DNA of 64,000 nucleotides, from assembly GCF_009914755.1 (NCBI RefSeq), contig NC_060931.1; one strand, written 5' to 3'. Numbering within the stretch: position 1 is the stretch's first letter; every line of letters begins with the position of its first letter. Below are positions 1 to 13,172 of the stretch, one piece after another. The position numbers and the translations under genes are program-made. This stretch comes from the human T2T-CHM13v2.0 reference genome, Homo sapiens. The notes beneath the pieces were generated by a model that made no database searches, was not told the origin of the DNA, and saw nothing but the letters and a program-made list of their open reading frames with translations.

Positions 1-125
1 TTCTTATAACCATGGCTGAATCTCTCCAAGGCAACCTGAAAGTGTGTCCTAGGCAGTGAGGCTCACCTTTTGCCCAACAAACTCTCTACATTAATCTTGC
101 CTCAGTTTCTTTTTTTAGGCCGACA
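1..125 (+). mobile_element. 3' end of the 5' LTR of an ERV1 (MER4-group) provirus
   Basis: Aligns by eye to 6782-6911 (ends ...tttaggccgaca vs ...tttaggttgaca) and is followed by a PBS. Confidence 0.8.
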
Positions 126-129
126 TATC

Positions 130-149
130 TGGTCTAAGTCGGCAGCATT
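130..149 (+). promoter_or_regulatory. Retroviral primer binding site, tRNA-Ser-like
   Basis: tggtctaagtcggcagcatt resembles TGGCGTAGTCGGCAGGATT, the complement of the tRNA-Ser(AGA/UGA) 3' end; lies 4 nt after the LTR terminal CA. Confidence 0.7.
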
Positions 150-2715
150 CAGAGTGCTCCTCACAACAGCACCCAGCGTTTTCTCTCAGACCCAGCTCTT
201 GGTACCAGCAACATATTGGGTCCCCAGCTCCAGAGGATCCCGGGGTGCAAAGGGTGAGACCTCCTGAATCCGGACCACCCTATGATTTTCACCTGGGCTG
301 CCCTTTCCACTGCTCCCTTTCTGGAATGGAGGTTCTATCTTTGCCTTGCAGGCAAGTGATTCAGGCATCAGTGATTAAAGAGGAAAACTACCTTTTCCAC
401 CTTGGAGCAGGTAGGTCAAGGTATTGGCAGTTTTGCACTGCTGATATCACTTTACATAGCACGCTTTTAAAACTGCAGCTGCTTTCTACTGTTTATAATT
501 TGGACTTTAAAAAATTTGTGACCAATTCCTATTAGTTTTATACCAAAAGGTGCATGAACGTGAGTTCTCTCACCCCCATATTAAGAGATTTGAGAATTTT
601 TTTAGAGACCGCTCCTTAAACCCCCAGAAAAACTCTTTAAATGCCTAAACTGCCTGCAGACCTTTCTCAGTCCCTTGGAGATGTAAATCTTACCATGTCT
701 TGGAAATGTTAACATGCATTGTATTAGCTAAGCAGCATTCCAGCTGAGAACAGGTTTGATACATCGTTAATGTTCTTGGGACATACCACAACATTTATTT
801 CCTCAGTGGGTATCTCTTGCTCAGGAAAGAAACATTTATAAGAAATTAATTTGAATTATTTGTCTCGGATACTCATTTATAATCCTATCTACTGAAGGAA
901 ACCAAAATATTCCTCTCCTAAGTACTGGTGATTGGTAGCTGAAGAAGGTTAACATCCAGGGAGACACTGCCCCTTCCTCTGGCTTGCCTGATGGCAGAGA
1001 GGCAATTTAGAAAGACAAAGGTTTTCCTGCCTGCCATTCTCACCTAAAGATAGGCTCCATTATAAGACTTGCTTATGGGCTCAGAGACAGCAGTGCCAGG
1101 GAATCTAGGTGCAGTCTTTATTCATCCCATAAATTTACCTTCCCACGTTTTCCTGCCTTTTGGCACTACCCCCACGGGCAGCTTTTGTTTTCCTGTCTTT
1201 CCCACTGTCTCTTTAAATCCTCAGTCTGGACCTTGTATACAGACGGTCAGCTGAGAAGCTGAGACCCTAGGGAATACGCTAGACAGGACAGATGGGGCTT
1301 GTACCCCATTTGCAGCTAGCAAAACCTTCCTTATTTTGAAGTTTTTCTGGTGGCTCTGGGTCTTGTGAGGACTGTGTTGCACCTCTTTGGAGATACTTGG
1401 CAAGTCTCTGGTTAAATCATAACCTTGGTTAAGTCGTGTTAGTTTTGGTGAGTCACTTGGAAAGGTACCTTTGGTTTAAAAGAGGAAAAAATTAAAAAAT
1501 ACAAAAGCAAGGATATTGGCTGATTTGTCCTGGCTAAAATCTGATAAGAGACTGAAAAGATTCAGGAGCTCTCTAGTCAAAAGGTAACTTAATGAATAAC
1601 TGATATTTGGGATATATATGTATACACACACAGACACACACACACACACACACATATATGCACCCATATTTTTTGAGTCCTCTGTTCTCTCTATAAAAGT
1701 TTCTCAGTTGATTGAATCTCTTTCTTCTTAAACCCCTGCTAACCAAATATACTCCCTTGGTCTGCTTCCCTTTTGAGGACATGATTTTTGCCAAAGATAA
1801 TGTAAAATTCATTGGTATTTACAAAAGCTTAAATTCTCTCTCTGCTTTGAAATGTAAATTTGCTACCTTGTTAAATTTTGTGAGGGCTTTAGGCATATGA
1901 GACAGATAAACTTTAACTTGTTCCATTTACAAAGGCACAGTTTGAATCCAAATGTCCTTTTGAACTAGTGAATTTCACCTGACTCGTGGCTAAAATCTTA
2001 AAATCAAAGCTATGAAATCTTTATTTTTGTCTATGTTTGTATGTATACATGTGTACACGTCTGTGTTTGTATATTGTCTACATGGTACCAAACTGACTTA
2101 TAAGTAAATCAGTTCTCATAAATTTAGTAAATAAGCCCAAATGCTTTTCAAGTTCATGTGACTTCAGTAATCTTTGGTAAATGAGGCTAGTTTTAAAATT
2201 GTTGGTAAAATAAAATAGAAATATTTTCAGAATTTAATTTAGAGATTTTTGCCTGGGTCTACTAGTCAAATAGGTTTAGCCTATTTCTGGTAGGTGTTTA
2301 AGGTCATAAAACTGTTGCTTCTGTGATATTGTTGATACCTGTTTGATTCTGGGGTATAGACAAGTGGCCACGGGAAGGCCTGGGGACACGTGGATGTCTG
2401 CAGCACCTAGGCCAAGAGCTGTGGGGCAGAGCTACGCTACATGTCTTCCCTGGCTCACTTGTGCCTCCTGAAAATGCTGGGAGGGGTTGGTTCTCCAGGC
2501 ATTGCTTTCATAACTCTGTCCTTTTTTCTGGGCTCTGTATCAAGATACATAATTAAAATTGCTTACTTCTTAAGACTTTTCACAAATATTTGGGATACTA
2601 AGAGTTAACATTGAAATTAATATATGTAATTAAATCTACTAGATAAAAGAGAAACAATTTGTATCCAAAGAGCACAAGAAAAGTAAAATGCATTTTTGGT
2701 TTTAAAGAAGATTAT

Positions 2716-3037
<322 letters not shown>

Positions 3038-3078
3038 TTAAAAGGTTATAAAAAAGACATAAAAATATAGTTTTTGTT

Positions 3079-3435
<357 letters not shown>

Positions 3436-3840
3436 CTAAAGGAACAACAATTTTGCATGGCTTAAAGGTTATTTAAAAGCTGTTTTAAATTAATGAAATA
3501 CAAAAATGATAGATAAAACTAAATGGGTATAGGAAGTTAGAAAAAAATGAAAAATATTGCAAAAGGTTATAAAAGATTTATAGAAAACTTATCTGTGTGG
3601 TCAAAGCTGAATGAGGTTGGATGGATTTGTTTATAAGGTTTTATTAAAATTAGGTTTATTGGTAATAATACATTAATACAAAGGCAAAACTTGTTTTTCT
3701 CTTTTGAACAGGGTTTTCATATAGTATTGATAAAAAATAATAAAAGGTTTTATTTACCTTTTGAATAAGCTGCAATAAAAAAAGAAGAGAGAGGAAGACA
3801 CACTCACCGTGTCTTTATTAGGTCTGAAAACTGAGTCTCT

Positions 3841-4124
3841 CTTCTTTTTTTTTGAGACAGTCTCGCTCTGTTGCCCAGGCTGGATATGATCTTGGCTCAC
3901 TGCAACCTCCGCCCCCTGGGTTCAACCTAGTCTCCTGCCTCAGTTTCCCGAGTAGCTGGGAATACAGGTGCCTGCCACCATGCCCGGCTAATTTTTGTAT
4001 TTTTAGTAGAGACGGGGTTTCTCCAAGCTGGTCAGGCTGGTCTCCAACTCCCGACCTCAGGCGATCCACCCGCCTTGGCCTCCCAAAGTGCTGGGATTAC
4101 AGGCATGATCTACTGTGCCCAGCC
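3841..4124 (-). mobile_element. Alu (AluS-type)
   Basis: Poly-T then gagacagtctcgctctgttgcccagg... Confidence 0.93.
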
Positions 4125-4435
4125 AAGTCTCCTCTTAATCAAAGAGTAAATGTTTTTGCTTTTTGAAATCTTTGAAAAAAATCACTTTGACTAAATGAAT
4201 ATTATTTTACTGTGATCTCATTTTGAAATCAAGTGTTTCAAGCCTTTGACATTTGACAAACTTCCTAAAATGAAACTTCAAATTCTAATGAGTCTTTCTC
4301 ACATTGAACTAACTTTTGGAGATTAGGGCTCCTGGAAATCCAAACAGGGACCCTGGAACTCCAAAAGCGGCATATTAGGCATATTTGGTATGTGAAAATC
4401 ATACTGGAAGCATTGTTAAATAAGAGTGTTTAACT

Positions 4436-4721
4436 TTCTTTTTTGTTTGTTTGGTTGGTTGGTTTTTTTGGGGACAGAGTCTTGCTCTTTCACCCAGGCT
4501 GGAGTGCAGTGGCACAATCTTGGCTCGCTGCAACCTTCGCCTCCCAGGTTCAAGCAATTTTTGTATTTTAGTATTTTGTATTTTTGTATTTAGTACTCCT
4601 CAGTAGAGATGGGGTTTCACCATGTTGGCCAGGCTGGTCTCAAACTCCTGACCTCAGGTGATCCACCTGCCTCGGCCTCCCAAAGTGCTGGGAATACAGG
4701 TGTGAGCCACCGCGCCCAGCC
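4436..4721 (-). mobile_element. Alu with internal deletion/rearrangement
   Basis: Antisense Alu; part of the right arm is replaced by repeated ttttgtattt. Confidence 0.88.
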
Positions 4722-6452
4722 AAGAGATGGTGCTTAACTTTCTTCAGGTTATTTTTATATGAATATGCTATTAATATGCATTCTATAATTATAAAAGATA
4801 CCGAAAAATTTGATGTGTCTTGACATAAACAGTAAATTGCTTTATTCTGATGCTCTCTTTTCCTAAAAGTTCTTTGTAAATGCCAAAGCATTGTATCTTC
4901 AAGGAACCTTATGAAGAAGATCACAAAAAGCACTCTGAATACAAGTTTCTGATAATTTTGGAGATCATGCCGTTGAACAACGCAAAAAGAAAAAATCCAG
5001 TAATCTAATTTCAAACCTGATGAGTTCATAAAGATCGCTAACCCAACTTCAAGCAGAATAAAAGCTAAGTACATGGCACTGAAGTGACAGAGCACTGAAA
5101 TGATTTTTGTGACTTCTTTTTGTTTGAAACACAGTAGGTTCTTTTCATGTTTTGTTTTCTAGCATCAAGAAAACTTTTCTTTTTGAGCTATTTATAGCTT
5201 ACAGCAATTGGGTAAAGTACACTATGGTGGGCAAACTGAGACATTTATCTTTCATTCTACCTGATTTCTCCAAAATTCAGAAACTATTTGTATTTTCATT
5301 TTATGGCAATATACTTACTTGCATAAGTTCAACAAGGATCTGTTTTCTTTTTTAACAAGACACATTGAAAGCACTGGTTATTTTACAAGGCTTAGACTGG
5401 AATGACAGATTTTCAGATATGACCAGACTGGTTTGAAGGGCTGAAGTTGACTTTATAGCCAGTGGACTTAGAAAATGGCTGGCCCGGTTCCTTGTCGACA
5501 TGGTTCCCTTACAAGGTTGCTGACCTTGCAGTAAGTAAAAGCATGTCACTTTCTGACAGGCCCAGTAATATCAAGATATTTTGAGATCTCGAGAAGAAAG
5601 AAATTCACTGAATTCATACAGGTATTACCGGCACAGTTAGATGGTAAATCCTTAACTTGGCTTCCTAGCCACAAGAGGCTTTTAAAAATCTAATCTGAGA
5701 TTCCTTAACCAAAAAGTTCCAGCAAAGCCAACTAAAATGAGTCAGTATGGCCACTCTTATTGCTGCATCTTATGCAAATAATCATGCCAAGTATAATAAG
5801 TGTAAAACTAATTTTACAAATAAACTGGTTCTACTATGATTTATCTTTGGTAAAACTGGAGGAACTGGAAAAATTATTTTTCAATAACCCACCTGTTATT
5901 CAGTTCTAGCAGACTATTGTTTTTGTGATATTATTATTTGCCCACAATTTGGACTGAATCCTGAATTACCTCCTGGCTACAAGTCTCTAAAGAAGAAGCA
6001 GGATGTAATGTTCTGCCTGATGTTTTCAGTTGTTCCCTAATGGAATTCAGGTTTGTTTGATCTGGCATATAAATTATCTTTCTGACTATAATCCAATCCT
6101 GTGTGCATTACGCTTTTACTGTTCAGATTATTAATACTATATATTGCTTGTGGTTTTATTTCTTCTGAGAAAACTAAAATGGTATTCCAAAGACTAGAGA
6201 TGATTCAACAAGCAACAGCAGCTAATAAATTTCTGACGTGACTGAGGTTTCATTCTTGCCACTCTGTAATGCCATCCTAATTTGGCTTTGGGGTTCCCTT
6301 AAAATTCCTCACTAAAACATCTTTTCTTTCCTCCCTAACATGGGACAGGGCTATCTGAGAATCACCCTTCCCAGTGACAAGGGACCCCTTGACACTCAGC
6401 GTTTAATCATCAATGCTTTCAAGAAGAAATATTTTGTATCAAAAGAGGGAAA

Positions 6453-6911
6453 TGAAATAAATACACTTTTTATCCACAGAATGTGAGCTCCTTTTAATTA
6501 TCAGGCCCAGGGAAGCATTGAAATGCAGTGGTGGTCATGTCCCACACCCGCCTGAGCTAAATAATTAGCTCTTAAAGCCAATTGCTACTTGAGCTGTAAC
6601 ACTGAGTGAATTTTTTGCCAAGTAGCTACAAAATGCCATACACTGGATGCCATAACTCATCTGCCGCAGTTCAGGAGTGTACAGTCAATCACCAATCAGC
6701 GTTATTTCTGTAAACTAGTGAGAATCCTTGTCAAACAACTTTGTGTCAGCCACACCTTCTTCCTTTTTGCCCTAAAAAACCTTCTTGTAACTACGGCTGA
6801 ATGGAGCATTCCCCAAGGCAAACGAAGTGTGTCCCAGGCTACAGTCCTCAACCTTGGCCCAGATAAACTATCTATATTAATTTTGAGTCAGTTTCTTTCT
6901 TTAGGTTGACA
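6453..6911 (+). mobile_element. 3' LTR of the ERV1/MER4-group provirus (~459 bp, TG...CA)
   Basis: Starts TGA directly after the PPT, ends ...ggttgaCA, homologous to 1-125. Confidence 0.8.
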
Positions 6912-7136
6912 ATGGTGAAAAACAGCCCCTTGCAATCCACAGAGAGGACTCGATCACTGACTGCGCCTTCACTGCTGTGTCGACAATGGTGAAAAACAGA
7001 AAGTCCCTTGCAATCCACGAACGGGACTGGATCACTGACTGCGCCTTCACTGCTGTATCGAAATGGTGAAAGACAGAAAGTCCCTTGCAATCCACGGACG
7101 GGACTGGATCACTGACTGCGCCTTCACTGCTGTGTT
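6908..7136. repeat. Three-copy tandem repeat, ~74-78-bp unit
   Basis: Unit (g)acaatggtgaaaaacagaaagtcccttgcaatccac...gatcactgactgcgccttcactgctgtgt starts at ~6908, 6982 and 7060. Confidence 0.95.
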
Positions 7137-7470
7137 GCCAGATGTGGTGTCTCCCCACACCCTGAACTATCAGAAGCTGAGTCAGTCTCCACATCTCCAG
7201 CTTTTTAGGTGACCTTACTTTGCTAAAAACGAAAGTCTTTCTAGATTTTTTACTTGGTTTTTCTGGCCATTTCATCTTTTACAAGGAAGAAGACACAAAG
7301 AGAACAACTACTTGAGGTCTAAGGGTGAGGAATGAGGAATGAGGAATGGTGGATTTTACTGTGAACTGGTGTCCTCAGGATCAAGGAGGACAAGGGTGAA
7401 CACAGTCCCAGCCAACTTATCTCAAAAACGTCAGGAAAAAAAAACCAACAAGACAACATTCAAAGAGTGA

Positions 7471-7845
<375 letters not shown>

Positions 7846-9317
7846 TAGGAGAGGAGGAGGGAGAGTAGGGGGGGAAGAGAGGGGGAGAGGAAGGGATAGT
7901 TGGAGAGTGGGAGGGGATAGAAAATGTCAGGGAGCCAAAGGTCTTACATAGACATGCATGGAGTACAGATTTTTCAAAGGACATGCAGAAACATGGAGAA
8001 AAGCACAACATGGGGAAAAGCTCAATCTCTTAAGTACAAGAGAATCACAAAACCATTACCGAAGCTTCAGCAGAGGTGAATCTGAGGTTTGTGAAAAACT
8101 CTTAAAGACAGGAAGTCTGCCAGTTCGGCCGAGCTCCACTGGACCTTCTGTTCTCATCTGGCTCTCACTCTCCTCCTCCCTTCCCAAACACCACAGGGCT
8201 ACAGGGACGTGCTGGCTCTGCACGCAGACACATCTGTGTCTAAGCCTGGGACACTAAGAAGGTTACTTTATTTCTCTGAGCCCTGGTATCCTCATCAGCA
8301 AACCTGGGTAAACCACAATTCTAACAGCAGAGGCTGCACCACAGGCCACTGAAGGGCAGGAAATCAGGTGTCCGGCCTTGGGCTACATGCACCTATCTGC
8401 ACCATGGCACTGAGAAGGTCTGCACACAAACTTGAGTCCCCAGTCTTCACATCTCTTGTAGAAATATACAGATGGAGCACACTTCCAAACTGAGCTAGTG
8501 GAATTAAAACCTAACATTCACTGGAACAGTTTTGTCTTTTTTAGTCTTACTTATTAGTAAGGATAAAATACTAGATATTAGTAAAATATACTTGTGAAGC
8601 AAACATAAATACGGATAATGAGCATTTTCTTTTCTTGGTAGTCAGAAGGCATTTATGGGTTTGATAATCTTATAATTAATTATAAAAATCTTCATTTTTA
8701 TTCTGGGTACTATGACTTAATTACTCTAGAATACTGTATCCAAAATATGACTCTGAGATGTGTTTCATAAACACCAACAAAATCAATAAAATTAACTTAT
8801 CACATAGTACATTCCCAGATCATATCAGGAGGACCAAAGAACATCTAAAAATTACTAGCAAGAAGACAAGTTCAATGACTGATACTCTTCTCTGCCACGA
8901 GGCATAAGCTACAGTTCACTGATAGCAATATTGGCTATTTACACTTAACTATAACATCCATTCACTCATTCATTAATCTAAACAAGATTTACTGAGTTTC
9001 AGCCACAGGCAGAGTTCTGTGGAAGTACCGGAACACCCACAGGCAGAAGGGCTCATGGCCCCGGTCATCAGGAGCCCACAGGCTTCCTGTCCCCCTAGTG
9101 AATAAACCACCATCACCCAAGATTACTCCTTTTGGAATCAAGTGTGGAAGCACAGCCTGTCATTCCAGTGCATACTAATAAGCTCTCTTTTACCTGAAGG
9201 AATTAGTATTCTTAAATAGAATTGTTTAGAAAAGTTCCAGGACAGGTTGAATGCATGTATTTCAAGAGACTATTTTTTTTACATGATACAAAATCATATG
9301 TGTATTTAATCCATTAC

Positions 9318-9415
9318 CTTACTATTGCTTCTTTTATTAACTTTGAAAAATCCCAGAAATTTTTTCTTCTCTTTATCTGTCTCATCATTGCCAAGTGATG
9401 ATTTCCTAAAGGTTT
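9318..9415 (-). CDS. COBL: COBL coding exon 5 (98 nt)
   Basis: Read by hand (too short for the ORF track): (E)[32 protein letters not shown]. Acceptor ttttttccag|AA, donor AAG|gtaatg. Confidence 0.95.
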
Positions 9416-9704
9416 CTGGAAAAAAAAAGCACTAAGTTATTTTTCAGCATCTGAAACAAGAGATTCAATACTTTACTTAAAAAATCTTAATAAATGAATC
9501 CTCTACTCTTAAACTTTTAGTTCTTGTAAGAGAGGGAAAGCCATCAACTATTTCTTTCAAAGCTGTCCGAGCCACTTCAAGTCCTCAGGTCCATTTGGGA
9601 AATCACTACAGGTTCTTACACAGTCTTTTAGGAATGATGGAGGCATTTTCTCTGGGTGTGGTTGTGCCCTTTTGGAGAATGACAAAATAAATAAAGTTCT
9701 AGGG

Positions 9705-9999
9705 CAGAGCTGTCCAACAGAAAGCTAAACCAGACCACACATGTAATTTTACATTTCCTAGTGGCTACATTAAAAAGAACCAAGTAAAATTAATTGTAAT
9801 AATTTCATTTAATCCAATACATCTAAAATATTGTCATTCTATCATGCAGTCCATATAAAAAGTATTGATGAGATATTTTACATTGGTTTTGGTGCTAAGT
9901 CTTCACAATCCAGCAGCCCTTTAGGCTTACAGCATATCAGTGTGGACTCGGTACATGCAAGAGCCACATGAGGCCTGTGGCTGCCAAATCAGCACAGCT
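9705..9999. mobile_element. MER33-like hAT-Charlie DNA transposon relic
   Basis: cagagctgtccaacagaaa...ttcctagtggctacattaaaa...gagccacatgaggcctgtggctgcc. Confidence 0.7.
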
Positions 10000-10399
10000 C
10001 TAAGACTGCGACATCAGTGCAATACACCTGCTTTAAGAATTATGAGTGAGGTACAAACTTTAACTAAATGAAATAAATCAGCAGCTTTCCTGCTCATTTC
10101 CAGAAAATGGAGTAACAGCTATGGGCTCCCCAGGTGGTATTTGAAACAACTGCATCAAATCTCCCAGGAACCACCTTTCCAGATTTTCCTTCCTCTGCTG
10201 CATCCAGAACGTTTTCCTTTCAAATTACATTCTCTAGAGGAGCAATTGTTTTCTTCTTTCTTTTTCCTGAAGCTCTAAATCCTCAACCCCTCTTGAATTT
10301 TTCTTCATCAGGATTCTAGAGCCAGGTTGGAACCTTCCAAATTCCAGACAAGCACACTGAAGCCCAGATGTGTCTGTCAGCTGACAAGACAGCCATGGG

Positions 10400-10580
10400 A
10401 TGTGGTTCCCAAAGCGAGATGGAACCTGCAGCATCAGCATCGCTGGGAACTTATGAGAGATGCGAATGCTTGGGCCCACTCCAGACCCCCAGAATAAGAA
10501 ACGCTGGGTGCAGGGCCCAGCACTACACAGTCAAACTAGCCCCTAAGGAGGCTTAAGCTGAGGGTCTGGAGAACACGCTT
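10400..10580. mobile_element. MER5A-like hAT relic
   Basis: gtggttcccaaag...cagcatcagcatcgctgggaactt...ccagacc...agaa...gaaac. Confidence 0.6.
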
Positions 10581-11447
10581 GGGAGTGGTGCTGAGAGATT
10601 AAGAGCGCCCATGTGTGAGGCACACTTCGGAAAACCACTTAGCTCCTCCAAGCCTCAGCAGCTTCATCTGCAGGTTGAGGGTGAGTGCATCAAGCACGCA
10701 GACGGCACTCACACAGCTCAGCACACTGCTCACTAGTGTCATGATTTGCTCAGGAAAGGCCTTTGTCATTACTTCATTCCATTCTTCTCTGCCAGGGCAT
10801 ACAGATATGACAAGAAGAAGGAAAGTGGAGGTGTTCCTGGAGGATAGAAAAATGATTTTTCCCATATCACTGCCAACTGATAGCAAGAGCTCTATACCAT
10901 TGGTGGCAGAATCATGGACTGGGATTTTACAAATTCTGCCATCAGACTATTAATGCAAACAAGGTAACCCTCAATTAACTTCTTGACCTGCTAATATATG
11001 ATTTCACATTTGAGTTAGAGAACACACACAGCAGTCAGTGCATTAATAACACAGGCGTGAACACTGATAGCGTCCACACAGCAAAGCAAAAACCCAGCAC
11101 ACACGCTCCTGATATCACGCTGTAGGAGCAAAGGTGCACATCCTAGCCACCAGGGCAGGGCCAGGACACTTGGTTACATGCAGGAGGCTCCAGTGGAGGC
11201 ACTGAGCAGGCTCCACATCGCACAGTACCCAAATCAGAGGGCCCACTGCAACATGGTGCAGCAGCACCAATGCATGTGTGCAAACGCGCTGTAAAGTTAG
11301 TTGCAGCAAGCCCTCTATTAGGTACAGAGCTATAAAGAGGAAAACAGAGCACACAGTTAAGACTGCATCTAAACTATTATATGCTTTAATATGTATGTTT
11401 ATAACCAAGGATGTTTCTAGAATTGAGTGGTATGTGACATGGACCAA

Positions 11448-11600
11448 CGGATGCTCACGAACTGACGATGGGGTTACACTTTCAGTTCACGACGGCTTTA
11501 TCCAGATGTGACCCCATCGTAAGTCCAGGAGCATATTGAATGCATAGCACTTTCACACCATGGTAAAGTTGAAAAATCTTAAGTTGAGAAATTGTCTATG
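11448..11600. mobile_element. Tigger4a/MER46-like fragment
   Basis: gatgctcacgaactgacgatggggttac...ccccatcgtaagtccaggagcat. Confidence 0.6.
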
Positions 11601-12496
11601 TTGAAACAGATGACATCATAGTATCCTACTGATAATCGAGAAGTAGAGCATTTTCCTAGTACACAAGCTGTATTACACCGACCACAGAAAGGACAGACTG
11701 CATCAGAAAACTGCAATGAGATCTAGCCTGTTGTTTCTCTTCTTGAATGAGGACAGTGGCTGATCATCACCTCTAAGGACTGAGGTCGGCTCCCTGACGA
11801 AGGGTCCAGGACAGCCCCGGCACCAGAATGCCCCTCAATAGTGGGAGAGACACTTTCTCATGCAGCTACAGCCTGCAGCTGTCTGGAGGCACCAGGGGCC
11901 TGTGACTCACAGTGCTGAGCTGCGCCTAACACTGATGGTCTATTTTTAGAGGTGAGGCTTTGGTCTCAGTCACTGACTGATAGGGGCCTCCTATGAGGCC
12001 TCTAGAGGCTTGGCAGACACTGAAGAAGAACTGGTTTGGGAGCAAAGTAGGAGAACTCAGTGTTCCCATCAGCCAAAATTTCCAGAGGCTGCCCAGCTAT
12101 AAAGCAGAGCAACAATGAACAACTGATGCATAGCCAGCCCTCGAACACACGCAAGTGAGCTCTAGAACCCATGGTGCCTATGGTATGATAAGCTGAGGGT
12201 GGCATTTATTTTGTTTGAATTTACTCTAATTTACACGTAATTAAATATTAAGAAAAGTGTGGGAACTCACACAGTCTGCAAGAAAGTTTTACTTTCTGAA
12301 GCATTACAATGATTTGAAAAATGTTAAAGATGAATTGCAGAGTGGCAGAGAAGGATGAAGGACCCTTAAAGACCAACGAGTCCAAACCACTCACTTGTCT
12401 AGAGGAGGAGACTCAGTGACCAGAACAAGGCCATAAGGAGTAAATGGAAGCGGGGGACCAGGTCAACATCTGCAAATGTACAATGGGCATTCTACA

Positions 12497-12526
12497 TATG
12501 TATATACATATATGTATATGTTTAAG

Positions 12527-12570
<44 letters not shown>

Positions 12571-12600
12571 TATATCTATATCTGCCTATATATACATATA
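12497..12600. repeat. (TA)n(CA)n microsatellite
   Basis: Seen directly. Confidence 0.9.
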
Positions 12601-13127
12601 AACATCTCTTTCTGTATAGAAATATCTCTATGAAACTTAAATAGATGTTGGAATAAATGCAAAATCTGGACTAATCATTTGCATACTTGTCTATGACAGA
12701 AAAGGTTAAATTTTAAAATCCATACTGTCCCAAATTCTGTAGCATGCAGGATGGCCTTCAGGGGCAGGTAAGCATGGGCAGGCAGAGGTGAAAAGGAAAG
12801 GGTGCCTTTCCTGCGCACACCACTTCTGATCTGCCCTGAATTATTGGGCAACAGAATTTGTTTTCTGTAACAGCCTCCCTCATTTCTCATCAATTAGAGC
12901 CACACAGCAAATTCTCCTAAGAAGCATTCTTATCTGAACCAACCAGGGAATCAAGAAACCAAACCAAAATCTCATGTCAGCCTCGCATGCACCTTCAGAA
13001 GGGCCCCAAGCCAAACTTCCATTCCTTGGAGTCTGGCACAAAAACATCACCTCTGTGCAGCTCTGACCCCAGAGCCATGCATAGTGCAGCCTCACAGCGG
13101 GAGCGGGAAGCCCCAGGTTCACTGTAC

Positions 13128-13172
13128 CTTGACAGCTCAGGGAAGGCTCGGACTGAGTTTTGCTCAGACGAA
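13128..13172 (-). CDS. COBL: COBL alternative 45-nt cassette exon between exons 4 and 5 (VRLSKTQSEPSLSCQ)
   Basis: Acceptor ctctcattgcctgccttttccag|TT, donor CAAG|gtacag. Phase 1-1, 15 codons, no stop, joins exons 4 and 5 in frame. Resembles a 15-aa insert I recall from rodent Cobl (unverified). Confidence 0.78.

Noticed and set aside
6872-7275. Repeat-containing ORFs or a CRISPR-like array
   Set aside because: Plain head-to-tail repeats with no unique spacers, in a primate genome.
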